Assembly: GCA_036172245.1 (NCBI GenBank)
Contig: JAYWIR010000007.1
Location: 2,790,001-2,854,000, forward strand
DNA length: 64,000 nucleotides
DNA from: Raillietiella orientalis
Taxonomy: Eukaryota
Direction of reading: 5' to 3'
Shown: positions 25,861 to 38,599 of the stretch, one piece after another
Layout: each line of letters opens with the position of its first letter
Numbering within the stretch: position 1 is the first letter of the stretch
The notes under the pieces: model-generated
Told to the model about the DNA's origin: nothing
The model's input: the letters and a program-made list of their open reading frames with translations, nothing else
The model's database searches: none
Program-made: the position numbers and the translations under genes

Positions 25861-27055
25861 CAGCAACTCAGTTAGTCTCAATCTGACTGTCTTTTACACG
25901 AAGATCAGCAAGTTGCTCCCAAACAGACGTATTCATTACGCGAGCAAATGAAAGACATAATTATTGAATTCCATGATTCCAAATGGGAATGTGCGATTTT
26001 TTTTTTCCTAGGGTGTTCAGTGGACTCATTCAGGAAACCATCCCATGCGGACTATTCCACGATCTGAAGAAACGCTGGAGCATGGTGTTATAAAGGGGAA
26101 AGGGAGAAGGGAAAGCGAAACAAACTCGAAAGAGCTGACTGCAAGAACTTTGGAACCTTCTTCTTCAGACGTACAGAATCGCACCCAGCAGCGGAAGCGC
26201 TCCAAGAGCATCCCTCACTGAACCCCGAAACCTGTTTTTCCTGAATGGTTTGCTTCCCTGAAACTGCGTGCTTGCAGACAAGCAGCAGCCGTCAGCTTTC
26301 GCACGGGTGACTCAGAGGCACTTCAGGCACCTCCCCGGCCGACGCATTTTCAGGAGGATTTCAAAATTTCCTCGAGTTCGTGCGCTCTCTGAACTTTCAG
26401 CGAGGAAAATGCTCCTGCATCATCGAGGCACCGCGGAAGCTGCAGCCCCACGTTCGTGGTCTACCAGGGACACTGGTGCAACTTTGGTGCGACCCACACC
26501 TTTTGATATGAGAGCCTCATTCTAGCTCGTGTTTCGACACAACCATCAGACAGGAGGGAGCCGGCCCAAGGAGAATGGCCGCGTACTGATGCGAACGAAA
26601 GCAACAACAACGTCGAAAAAAAAAAAAAAAAAAAAAAAACAGAAAGAAAGAAAAGAAAGAAATGCCCTCACTCTAATACAACGAAACCATCGGAAAGAAC
26701 TTGGAATCCTTTTCAGTTCAGCTGGTTCGAAATTGAATAATTCCATCTGGTTTCCTATTTCCATAATAAGAACTGTGTCCCGGCTATACATATCGTGCAT
26801 CGTGATTGACCAAAGTTCGAATAAAGAATGGTTCTTAAGGCCATGCTAACATTCCTGGCTGAATAATCGGCCTCATTGTCCGATTACAATGTAACAAAAG
26901 AGCCAGGAATGCTACATAGAAGACATTGCTAAGATGGAAGGCAGAGCAAGACAAAAGGAAACTGAAAAGAAAGAAAAAAAGGAAATAATAATCCGTGTTG
27001 GAATTCTGAGCCAGTAGCGTGAACTGAGCCGGAGCCGCGACGTGTTTCTTTCTCC

Positions 27056-28150
27056 CTTTTTTTTTTTTTTCTTCTTCTTCCTTTCTTTTGTTTTTAAAGG
27101 CCAGTAGAGAGCTCACAGGGAGATCGTTACCATTTGGCCTGCGATGATTATCACCCGGTTGTGCCGGGTAGTAATGTGTACTTCAGTGTAACTCTTCAGG
27201 TTAAGGAAATTCATTACATAAAGTAATAAAAATACATTGGCTGCCGAAGAGCGCTGCTCGGACCGGCGTGGTCCGCTTCGGCAGAGTGGAAGAAGGGAAA
27301 ACAAAACACACAAAAATAAACAAACAAGACGGTGGAGGGGAATTTATACATGGGAAGGAGGGGGTGGGAGATTGAGAAAGGGGTCACAGTACGCTGCCAG
27401 GCGTCCTCTGCATCGCGTTCAGGATGTCGACAAGTTCCGTCCGTATAACGCCCAGGCAGGGCCATCTCGAGGCGGTCCTCAGGAAGATCCGCTCCCAGTG
27501 GATGACGTCCTTGCCTTTAAGCTTCGAGAAAACTGGTTATCTGTTCCGAAATCTGCTGAGGAACTGTTCCGAAATCCCCTTATGTCACATTTCGGCTTCT
27601 TCTGCCGTTCCAGGCCGCCACGATTCTTCGAACACAGCAGAGCACTACAAGGGATGCGGCTGGAGGCAGAGTGGCAAGAGCGGAGAGGCGTCTGAAAATG
27701 TCCCTGGGGCCGCCCTCCAAGATCCCTAGGATCGTTGTGAAACAATCCCAAAGGAGTCGGAGGGGGACAGCACAGTCCAAAAGCATATGCGGGAGGATGC
27801 TTCTTCCCGCACCTGCCGCACTGAGCGTCCACGCTTCCTCGTGTCCAGTGATGAAAGCGCTCTTCGCATGGGATTCCTTCATCCACCACCAGCAAATCCT
27901 ACCACTTTAGAAAGAGGGTGTCCCTGTTCCAGCACTCTGGGGGTCTTCCGGAGGGATGTCAAGCAGCTCTCCCCAGCGTAGAAGTCCCTGGGATGGGACA
28001 CCTGAGGTTGCCGCATCCGTCACTTCCCGAGTTGTCCACGCCCCCACGCTTCTTTGCTGTTATGGAGCAAATCACTTCCCACCTTGCCGGGATTACGCTG
28101 CCTCTTGAGTCCCTTAGGAAGAGCAGCAATGGGGCAAGGGCTTGGTCCTT
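27056..28150 (-). mobile_element. L1/Tx1-like LINE 3' fragment, copy 1 (zf-RVT region, 3' UTR, A-rich tail)
   Basis: GIPCEERFHHW...QCGRCG and HMLLDC..LW (ORFs 27479-27895 and 27580-27882) resemble the C-terminal zf-RVT region. 3' UTR hairpin CTGCCGAAG...CTTCGGCAG at ~27241-27284; terminal stem-loop at 27098-27140, then an A-rich tail. Homologous to 29200-30070. Confidence 0.65.
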
Positions 28151-28289
28151 TTGGGTTTTTCTGTTTTCCTGCTCTCTTTCCTCTTAGCGTTTTTTTTTGG
28201 TTTGCAAAGTACTCAAGAACCATTCGTCTAGGGGGAACGAGTCTCTTTATCATCCAAGGGTGAGTGCAACTCATCAAGTTTGGGAGCAA

Positions 28290-28800
28290 CCCGGGAAGGA
28301 CATCCTAGGAATCCAGAAAAACTTTGGAGGAAGTCGGTTCCTCTTAGGCTTGGAAAGTGAAACTCTGAAGGGGATCCTCGTGCTAGTTGTCTCCGGAGGG
28401 AACCTCGAAGGGAATTTCTTTGTGATTCCCTCCGAAGGGGTTCTTGTAGGGGAGGCCATTCCTCATCCCTCCTCAGGAGGGTAACCGCAAGGGGATTTCT
28501 TCTTGTTGATAATAAAGTGAAGAAAACACCGAAGGGACTCTCCCGAATTTCTCTGAAGGTTTCTCCCCGAAGGGAGCAGCGCGCTTCTGGATCTTGGGAG
28601 AAGCAGCCTTACCGAAGGGGGTTTTCAACCCAGCTCCATGGTACTAGAGATGGAAGGTCGTCCACCAAGGGAAGGACAATTCCATTTTCACAACCGGAGG
28701 GGAATCCCGGAAGGAACCGACTCATTCATTCCTGGAAGGACCCCGGAAAGTCAGCTTTCAATCCCGGCCAGTAAACGGGGAGAGAAGAGGAGATCCGGTT
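28290..28800 (-). mobile_element. tRNA-derived SINE family, copy F (diverged body)
   Basis: Shares the family motifs GAATCCAG, GTTGTCTCCGGAGGGAACC, CCGAAGGG repeats, ACAACCGGAGGG and ATTCCTGGAAGGACCC...CCCGGCC in the same order as 55340-55830. Confidence 0.7.
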
Positions 28801-28849
28801 TTCAGATTCTGTTAATGCCGTCCGGCAAGCCACTGGCAGCGTAGGACTC

Positions 28850-30070
28850 GCGTCCCTCCTTGTGCTCCTTCCACGCAGTCTTATCCAAAGTGGACTGCAC
28901 CTGCGGCAGGTGGTCACGCTCTCCAGGAACAACGGATGGATCTCGTGCCGCCACACGAACGATAGCGCCTAGCATCCTTACCCATGTACACGGCTGCAAC
29001 CGTTCGTACGTGAGCAAGTATTCATGAGCCAAGCTCGGAACAGTTAAGACGTTTTCTGTATGCGCCCCACAACTGCACATTCCGGGAGATCCTGGAAGAT
29101 CCCGTGAAGAGTGCGTGAACAAACAAAACCTTCCTTGCCACCGCGCCCTGCCCTTCCTTAGCGAACATTTGGACAGCAACCTTACGGCTAGATGGGAGGC
29201 TGCTGTATAAATCTCCGGAAGGAGAAGAGGACTGGGTGAGTGGACGACGGGCCAGCTCACCGACTCCCGAGTGCTGGACTTCATGGACTTTTGCGCTGGG
29301 GCGTGCTTCTGGGACTTCCGAAGGAAGACCTGCAGTGGTCTGGGTGCTCATGGACACTCGTACCCTCCCTTTAAAGTAGCAGCAGTCATCATTGATGCTG
29401 CTGCACTGGGACCCCGCGTGCAACTCCCTCCGGCATCTGTGGACACGTAGGTGTGTGGACAAACTGTGCAAGGTGTGGGAGAAGCAGGAATCCTTCTTGC
29501 ATCTCCTAGTGGACTGTATTGCCCTCTGACCTCTGAGAACGCTTTTGAGACCTTTGAGAACGCTTTGTCGCGACCCTAGGAACCCGCGGAGGTAACGCCA
29601 GAGACGTTGTAAAGCGCCTCTTCTTGCGCGACTCCCTCACGCCGGCAGGCGGCATCCCCAGCAGCACTTTGCTGCCTGAGAGAGCGTGGCTGCATAAAGC
29701 AGCGCCAGAGGAGGTCAGGACAATAGGGACGCCATTTAGTTTGCTGTTCTCTTCATGAGGACAGCATCAACATGGTCCTATCTGGAAGTCTTAAAACAAG
29801 AACTTGCCGGCATCCTTACAAGGATGCAGAAGACACCCTCCAGCATAAAGTGACTCCGGAGATTTCCAAACCCCTTCCCTCACCCCCATGTTTTATCTGT
29901 ATGTTTTTTATTTCATTTTTCTCTTTTTGCTTGTCTGTCCTTTCCTGTGCTTTAGAGGCGACTCCACTGGCCTGCGTGCCAGATCCCAGCAGGTTCCTTT
30001 TCGTATTCATAAGCAACGTGGCAGGACCGAACGTCCTGCCACAGGCATATATGTTTGTTCTATAAATAAA
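28850..30070 (+). mobile_element. L1/Tx1-like LINE 3' fragment, copy 2
   Basis: TCRHPYKDAEDTLQHKVTP (ORF 29772) aligns with TCRHPERDAEDAWQRTVTP (ORF 27214, minus strand). 29295-29380 aligns with the reverse complement of ~27900-27980. Hairpin GTGGCAGGAC-CGAAC-GTCCTGCCAC (~30018-30042) is followed by AATAAA. Confidence 0.6.
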
Positions 30071-30074
30071 CGTC

Positions 30075-31165
30075 CCGGCGTGACTAGATGTGGACCAATA
30101 CCGCAACCGAAGTCTATAGACTGACCAGCGTCGTCCTGCGGGTAGGGCCGGAAACCCACGTGGCACCAATTCCATGGCGCCAATCCTCCAGGGAGGGATT
30201 CGAACTCTTAATGCTTGGTTCTACGAGTCTGGACCACAACTGCATGGCCGCAGGCGCGGGCGGCGTGTTTTCGGAATCCCCTTATGTCACAAGAAGGAAT
30301 CCTGTTGGTTTTTTTCTTGGATCTCGCTTTTTGTTCAGTTGTCTACTTGGAAGGTGGCACCCGAGCAAGGCGCGTCACCCGGTCTTGGAGATTTCGCGCG
30401 TTTCTCAGGTGGCGGCGGATCTGCGGGAGATCTGCGACAGTTTTCCCGATGGCACCAACTCCCTACGTGGAGGTCTCACAGCGAGCCCTGTCCACGTGGA
30501 AAAGCACGATTTGCCTGGTCAGCAAACCGGCTGGGAGCGCCACGGCAAGGTGACTTCTTAGCTGGGTCCGACACAGCGACGAAGCGAGTCAATCAGCACG
30601 GGTGGAGGTCACTTGCGAGCTGGGCTAACGGGAACGGTTTCGAGTTTTCGAGTTTCCCGGCTTTGCACGCGGCGACATGCACCAACTCGAACTGCGCTGC
30701 CTGAGGGCTCCTAGCATCTCCTTGAGAGCTCGCATCCGGGAGCGATCGATCTCCTGTGTGACTCGACGAGCTGGGTGCGGCTGCATATCTCCGCATCGTG
30801 AGCCCGTTCGCCGTCTTCGAGAATAAGATCATCTCCCCTTGCGAACGAGTTCCGCTGAACTGTTGGGAACACGAGCCACACATCCTGAGGAAACATTCCC
30901 CGAATGATCTTCGAACCTTCGGCGCGTGCTCTTGGAATGAATTTGCGTTGTGAAACAACGGAGGAACTCAAAGGCTTCAGAATCGAGGCCAATTCACCTA
31001 CAAAACCGCTGCCTAAGCGCTGCCGGGACCAGAATGCTTGCTTAAGTAGAGATCCGTGGGTCATCTCGCTCCTCTCTCTCAGCACCCCTTGAGCGTTACG
31101 GCTGAGGCATAGTATTTGGAGATGCACTGCCCTGGAGATGCATCCGCACTTTTGACACTTCACAA
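30075..31165 (-). mobile_element. Possible BEL/Pao gag-protease remnant
   Basis: KCQKCG...HLQILC, SLLKQA and SQRKFI (cf. knuckle, LLQTA, DSGSQRSFI) in ORF 30711-31163. Downstream motifs are weak. Confidence 0.3.
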
Positions 31166-31249
31166 CAGGATAAAAAAAGAAAAGAAAAAAAGAACTGTTC
31201 CGAATTCCTCACACCACCTGCCCGTGTGGCGTTGCTGCCGTACGTAATG

Positions 31250-31900
31250 TGACAAGAAGGAACACTTATTTCATGTGGTCAGGAGACCCCGTGCAGAATC
31301 TTATGCAATTATCGATGAATTCCTATGGGTCATCCCGCCCTTCCAGCCTACGAAGATCAAGTTGTGGTTTGCATCAAGGGACCGGTAATCTGACCGATAC
31401 ATTCAACATATGCCCCGCGGGCGTCCTGCACTGGAGCACCCGGTTCCCCTCTTCAGTTTCCCCGATGGCTTGAGCCGTCTCGGAGATTCGCCCGCAATTC
31501 GATCCCAGACCAGCACTGATACAGAAGTAGGCACTGTTCTGGAGAAGAAACGAAGGGTAGACCACCCTCTGCATCCTTGCTCCTTCTTTTGCTACCTCGC
31601 TTCTTCCAGAGTCATCTCTTTTGAGTTATAGGGAATCCCTACAACTCGAAAAAGATGGAGCTGCTTTCAGGGTCGCGAGGTGCCCAGCATGGTGACTCGC
31701 CCCTCCTTCCGGAGCACCAGATGCAACCGCGGTTTCGAGTCGACCACCGGTGTTGGCTGGCCGTAGGACGCCACCAGCTCCCACTATTTTTAAGGACATG
31801 TCTTTTGATCCACTGGATCGTCTCTTATACTATGGGGTGGCAACGAACATCCTGCACGGTGATTGAGAACGCGTGGGATGATTACAGATCTTCTCTGTCC
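31250..31900 (+). mobile_element. Possible non-LTR reverse transcriptase remnant
   Basis: SRPSSL (cf. RPISL) and SRGAQHGDSPLL (cf. RGVRQGDPLSPLLF) occur in order. Otherwise degraded. Confidence 0.25.
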
Positions 31901-32899
31901 TAAACATCGACTAAGGTGATTCTACTGACACGGGAAGCGCAATGCCGGTATTTGTATCTGCAGCGGGGGATACTGTGGAGAGCATGGATGCTTCCACACA
32001 ATATCGAGGGAATCCAAAGCTCCAACACATGCTCGTGTCTGAGGTGAAAATTTTCCGGGACTCCCTGAGCCTTCGTTCACTGCTGCTGCTCAGAATCGCT
32101 GCTATGAAGGGGAAAGCTTCATTTCCTTAGTTAAGCAGCTCTCTTGATCGGTAATTGCGAGTAGATCAAGCGAGTCATCCAAGACAAGATGGGATATCTT
32201 GTGGATACTTCAAGGAAGAGGGAATGCACTCTGTGGATCAGCATCTTCTCTTCTAGGATGTGTGAAATTCAGACTGCACTGCTTTCTTTGCAGGAAAACC
32301 GCGGAAAGCCGGAAGCAAGATGGAAACTTTGAAAGAACTCCAAGCAAGTAGAGCCGTTCTTGACGTTACACTGTCAGATGACCACACCCCTGATGCACAA
32401 GGGATGAAGACGAATTAAGAGCAGCGATTTTCCGAGCCAATCAGAACTTAATGGAAACGAAGACCTTCATAAGGACAGTTATCCGTGTCTCGAAGATGAA
32501 TGATGGCGCTCATTCGAAAAAAGACCTCTTTTTGAACTCACCAATCAACAAAGATCAAGAGAAGGAAAGATGAAAACTTCTGAAGTGCTCAAAGTAGATC
32601 CCTTAGCTTTCCACCTGTTCCATCTTTTCTCCGGTATAAAACTGAGGTACTGGAAGCATACCAGCTCAAAGCAACAAAGGTCTCCTGGGATTTCTAATGT
32701 ATGGGCATTCCCTCACGATCGAAATCCTGCACCTTTCTGGCATGGAAAAGAAAGGGGAGAAGAAAGGAGAAAACGCAAACCATGTCTTCCCGTTGAAACT
32801 TTGCTGAGGAAGCTCACATAACGCGGTTTCATCGCCAAAACACATCCCGGTCCGGAACAAGCAGTAAGAGACTTCCTCGCATGCTCTGTTTGCCCGAGT

Positions 32900-34300
32900 T
32901 ATACTTTCAGCAGTACTACCTGCAATCCGCGTACTGCTATTGCTTTTTCTCTTCGTCACTGCTGTCCGGAAACTCTCCTTTCCTTCCTTCTTGAAGAAGA
33001 GAAAACAGAAACCTCTAGCGCCAATAACCAAACATCCAAGAAGACCTTACTTTTTTCGGTGGTTTGTCGGCTCTTTAGAAAGTCCTGCTTTGCGAGTTCT
33101 TACAGAAGCGTTCTCAAGCTCTATCTCTGCATCAGCTGCTGATTTGTCTTCACCAGGATATACCGAAAATCCTTTCGAGAATCTCTCAATTACAAGAGCA
33201 AAGAGACAGCGCCTGGAGATTAAAGTAGAAGAAATGAATGAAGCTGGAGAGACAGATCGAAGACCCTTTCTCTGCAAGCGAGTCAAAGCATGCTTTTAAC
33301 CTGATATCTTTCAGCAGATGAAGTTTTTATTCTCTGGTCTCCAAGAAACGTCCTTCCTGCTTGTTGACTTGGTGAACCGCAACTGTGTGTGCGGCCGTTT
33401 GTGCTGGAAAGTACGCTAGGAGACTTACGCCCACATCAGAACATATTCTCAGCTTCTCAGAAGAATAAGTCTTCCTCATTAGCGCCTTCTTGGTAAGGAA
33501 CCATCCACTCACCTACCTGGACCTTCGGCCGCCTCCAAAGGCAGTCCTGTACTTTCGAAGTCCGCCTCTGAAAGCGTTCGCCATGAGTGCCTCAGAAGAT
33601 TGTTTTCTGACGAACTAGCCTAGGTCACTTACAACTGATCACACTTCTCCATGGCTCCACTCGCAGGATACTTACAAAGGCGCATCTAACAAGACAAGCT
33701 CTTGGTGACTTTGCTTCAGGAGGATGATGGAATGACAATGAGTCCCTGATACTCCATGTGTTGCTTATTTCCTTTTTCCATGCGCTGTGACTTTCGATAG
33801 AACATGGCATTTCCAAACTGAGGACAAAGATCCGATTGCCGAGGCTGCTTGCTGTTTTAGGAAGATATTCCATTACGTCTTTGAGAAAGGATGGCGTTCT
33901 TATACAAAGGTTCGAATAGCAGCGGTATGTAGGGAGATGCGATGGAAAGGGACGGCTGCTTGCCTCGAGAAACAGCTTCCGGGAGCCTCATCCCGGAAGT
34001 TGCTTTTGTGGTTTGGTTTGCGCTGATGGAAAGCTAGATGAGGCCTTCGCAACTTGCGAGACACTGCTTTTGACAGATGAGATTAGCAGGTCTTTGCTGC
34101 CACCATGGGATCCAGCAGAAGAGTTCTCGCTGCTCTTCCTCGGCTTGTAACAAGAAAAAACCTTCCCCCTTTTTCCCACTTGCGGATTTTGGCTCCGAAT
34201 TCCCATCCAGAGATACATCTGTGGGTCTGTTAAGAGGAGCTGTTAAGGGGTACCAAAAAAGAACGCCGGAGGGTCGCTTCTCCATGATCAAGGAACTTAT
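32900..34300 (-). mobile_element. Decayed hAT transposase (Charlie/Buster, ZBED5/GTF2IRD2-like) remnant
   Basis: Minus-strand order: SQVAKAS, YLPKTASSLGNRIFVLSLEM (cf. IPLSxxTVxRRI), WSIRDS (cf. FSIQLDES), HTVAVHQ (cf. HCxIHQ), ISSTLISRRCLF (cf. IxxxxLNxRxF). Confidence 0.5.
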
Positions 34301-35449
34301 TAAGCTTTCCCCACTGTACACAGAAGCAGAAGGTGATCACGAAAAGTTCTTCTCGAGCGCGGTAGTGCGGGGCTAAGGCTTGCAGGCCTTTTTAAACATC
34401 ACTGGAACCGTCGTCCTTCAGAGAAAAACGACAAGGGTGCATTCACATCTAGGGAGGGACGGATTTCGTACGCTTGGCCAAATCACTTTCCCGCCGATCG
34501 ATGTACTTGTGAAGTGCAAACGTGAAGGACAGTTCTCCACAGCAGCGTACACAAGCGGTACCAAACTGCAGATGCTTTTTTCTCTTCACGCCAACTCATA
34601 TTCCGAACGAGTAATGGCATTAATATCACTCGAGCGTTAAATAGTGAGTGGCACACCCGAATGTAATAGAAGACTTTTCATGCTACTTGTAACATGCATC
34701 TCCGCAGAAAATACAATGTACGAGACAACAGCCAAAAGAAAACATGAGCATAGCAAATGTGATACGCCAAAAATGCAACTGAATCACTTCACTCTTAATT
34801 CCAATTCCAAAGAAACGTCATCATGTTACTTCATCGCCTATGCATTGTATCGATGGCATATGATGTTGTTTATTACTACGTACGTGAAATTGCAGCGTAG
34901 TATACGCAATGAATGTGCAGCATTTCCCCCTATGTTTACTACCTGCCATGGCGATCATGTTTCCATGGATTTTCCGTTTCGCGAAATGCTGCCAAGGTAA
35001 CCACGCGTTCGCGCTCTACGTGGCAATTATGCGCTCATTTTTTTACGATACCGTAAATGAGGATGGGGAGCGTTTTTTTTTCACGATGGGAGAACGAGAA
35101 GAAACGTCACCGCAGTGACAGGGCTATTCGAATCAACCGATGCACCAACTGAATAGCAAACGCAGATCGTGAACAGATCGGTGAGGGACGGTACTTGCAC
35201 AGCTTCCTGGATATAGCAGCGGAGTGTCAAGCCAGCAGCCGATAGCAAGCCGAGCCTCTAGAGGAAGAGATGAATGGCTGCTGGGCTGAGCGCAGCACAA
35301 AGGACGAGATTTAAATCTGGAATCTGATTCTCAGAGCCTGCGAAAGGGTAGCGAAAGATAAAATCAGAAATCGGAGAACTGACCAAACAGAAAAAAAAAA
35401 CAAAAACAAAAACAAAAAAGGAAGTGCATGGTGTTTCTCGAGTCCACTT

Positions 35450-37300
35450 AAGTGTAGCCACTACAAATGAGTGCATCTGCGGCTTTTGTCGAGTGCGGCG
35501 AACTCCGCCGGGAATCCAGGAGGCCGCAGTCGCAATGTGGGATGTTGGGATCTCTATCCCAATGGAAACACCACGACAGGAGCGGGAAAGATCGATAGCA
35601 GGCAACGTCAGGACGTGAGATGCAGGTTGGGGGAGCTTTGCCCCCCAGGCAAGATTTGGAGGATTTTTCATTTCCACGCGCCGCTATCGAGCGAACCGTT
35701 CTCCAAGCACCTGAGCTGCAGCAAATGCTGGATGCACAGCATGGGCCGAAGCAGCTTCATTTCTTCAATGAAAATGCACGAGCCCCTGCTTCTGAGAGCT
35801 TATTTCGAGGGTCAACTGTCCCCCTCACCCCCACTGGAACGCTCTTTCCAAGAAGCGTGCAGAGCTACTTCTCGATAGCACCTACGAGCATTCAGGAAGC
35901 AAAAGAAAAGCTCTTTCATTCACTTTCCTCATTTCCAGACGATTCCGTCTAAGAGTGATCAGGGTGTCAGCATCTGACTTTCATTGGGATCAGCAGAAGA
36001 TTGCCAAGTATAAAGGAATGAACGCGGCTGGTCACTTTAGAGAAACCGAGAACTTTGACTCAGATTCCTTAACACATCGCTCATCGGGATGGGTGCATGT
36101 TTCCCGTGACCTCAGGCAACTCGAGGGGCCAATCGCGACTTGATGTGACGTGTTCTAGGGGAGATTTCGTAAGTCCGTTGTCATTCTCCAAAGTTCTCAA
36201 ATGCCAGACATCGTTCTAGTTACCAACATTAGTCTCCTGATTGCCTTCCATCAGCTCGTGTTCCCATGGAGACGGCCGAGCCATTGCTTTTGATCAAATC
36301 AAGAGCAAAAACTGGGATCGGTAACTTTTCTTTTTACGCTTGGCACATCAGATGAGCAGGAGAGGGATCGGAAATGACTTTGCTGGCTGCTTCAAGCTCT
36401 TGCACTCAGAAAAAGGTGCCTTTTCGTTGCACGCCCCACTCACCTCGCGTTCTCACCCGATTTACCTGCATTTCATTCAGCTGACTGGTTCGATGTTTGA
36501 GAAGGACACTTACAAAGAACCGGAACAGGTGGGGTGAGCCCTGGGACAGAGCAGATCATTCCTTCTTCCACGCGGCCGAATTTGCTTTCCCTGTCCTTGC
36601 TACGCAGGCGAATGATCCTCCGTGCAGCAGTTCTGAACCAGTAGTCTTTGCACTCCGATGCGCAGTGATCGCAACGCTGGTGCGAAAAGTCTCCCTTTCC
36701 CTGCGCATCCCCGTGGGCAGGTTGCCTGGCGCACCTCGTGACATGTGCCAGACGATTCCTAGCAACTTCCTGGCCTGTCGCTAATCTTCAAGCAGGTGCT
36801 TCCCTGCAGGATCTTCCTCGTTTGAGTAACAATTGAGCGCAGGAAGGCTCTCCTATAGCTTGGAAACCACAAAAGCCAGATGAAGGGAAGTGACACCTTC
36901 TTCGCGACCACCCTGCTTCAGCAGCTATGGTCAGGATCAGTGGCGGATGGAATAGAAAGCATCCAGACTCATGGTTGGAAGTGCTTCCTGGAAGATGGGG
37001 TCCCACCTGGCTGTATGGACTTGGCTGTCGAGGGAGGAAGCTGAATACGGAAAAAACGTGCACAGTGAGGGACTTGGAACCCGCCCTCTTCAAGGGAGCA
37101 ACTCTACGGCGCGGCTCCTTCAGCAGGGTCGACAATCGCCAACCGTGCTGGCGAAGATGGGAGCGGGTCGCCCACCCTGCGCCACATGGTCGCTACTCTG
37201 TGCTCGCTCCCATCCAGACGTGGGCGCGTTGTCGAATCGGACTCACCCTGACGCAGGAGGAAAGAGGATTCTCTCTTGCGTTTTGAAGTTGGAGTTCCAG
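35450..37300 (+). mobile_element. Possible decayed LINE (ORF1 knuckle + RT remnant)
   Basis: EPFSKHLSCSKCW (ORF 35471), then GASLQDLP, FFA and GRKLNTEKT (cf. GLxLNxEKT), and YSVLAP in ORF 36927. Confidence 0.3.
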
Positions 37301-38599
37301 GCTTCCGTTACGGTTGCCGCGCCCCACCCCAGGAGGCTTTTTAAGAAGCTCGCTTCCTCATGGATGTGGTCTCCCTTTTTCTTCTTCTTCGCCTCCCACC
37401 GGAGACCGACGGGGAAGATGGTTGACTTTTCTTTCTTTGAGAAAATTTCATCTTCGGAAATGACCCCGCGCGTGTTAACAAGGCTGCAGTGGCCGTTGTG
37501 TGACTCGTCCGAGACCTTTGGGGCAGGAGGAATGAGGAGCTCCTTCAATGGACCAAAGCCTCTTTCTCCGCGAAGAGAAACGACTGCTGCTGCGCAACTA
37601 AAGAGCAATGCTAAAATGAAAAAAATAAATAAAAAGAAAGAAAGAAAAATCGAATAGAAATGGAAAGATTTTGCTTCCAGAGCCTCGGCACGCCTCCGCT
37701 ACTGGTGCACCGGATCACCTTGAGGTTCCTTGGCAACCCCGCTACCCGAAATGGGTAGGCTGCACGGCTTATTACGTGATAAGACAAATCAGCGCACACG
37801 TGTCTTGCCAGAGGTATGATACGATCTGGAACGAACCACGTTGTCGCGAGAAATCTGTTTGTCTGCGTGTTTTTCTCTCATCCCTTTCTCTTCCTCTCTC
37901 TGCCCCTCTCTCGTACTCGTGTTACAGAAAGGAAATGAAACAAAGAGACCTTTCCTCCTCTGGCTGCCATTTTTTAATCCATCCCCCTCCTCCGCGTCTG
38001 TTTGTTTGGTCTTCCGTTTCAGACGCTCGGTTGCCTTCACCGCACGCTTCCAGGCTGCTGCGAGAGACGCGGAGCGCTCCGCGCGGTGAGGAGGCGTCCA
38101 CCTGAGGGGGTTGCGCCGAGCGAACGCGCGCGCACGTGACAGACCACGTGTTTCCGAACGACGGCGGCGGCCTTTGCGGCGAGAAGGGTGCTACGAAAGG
38201 GTGGGAGGAAGGGAGCGAGTGCGAGCGTCCCGCTCTCCTCCATCGGGATCCAGGAGGGGAAAGAGAACGGGGAATGAGGTCGGGTCGAGCACTTTCCAGG
38301 AGTGAGAGAGGCGCTGGGAGGTCATGGGAGAGAGGGGGGCTGCAACAGACCAGCGAACTCTAGTTCCGGGCTCATCCAGGTGGCGAGGGTGCAGCTCCCT
38401 TCGGACTTTGGAGAAGGGAGGTTTCCTGGGCGCAAAGCAAAACTCTGGATAGGTGCCCCTCCCGTAGGGTTTAGTGCTGGTGACTCTGCGAGTTGAAAAG
38501 CAGCTCCATCCCTACTTCTGGAAGACACGATCCCACCCTCTGCTTCCTCGAAGGGCTTGCTGGCTCCCGCGCATCGGGCTCATCTTGCTCTCAGCAGCT

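Noticed and set aside
26585..26605. Minimal hammerhead (CTGATGCGAACGAAAG) before a poly(A) tract
   Set aside because: CUGAUGC breaks the conserved core and there are no flanking stems.
36971..37657. 228-aa ORF as a gene
   Set aside because: It is an off-frame read across a LINE relic and low-complexity A/T tracts, with no recognisable domain.
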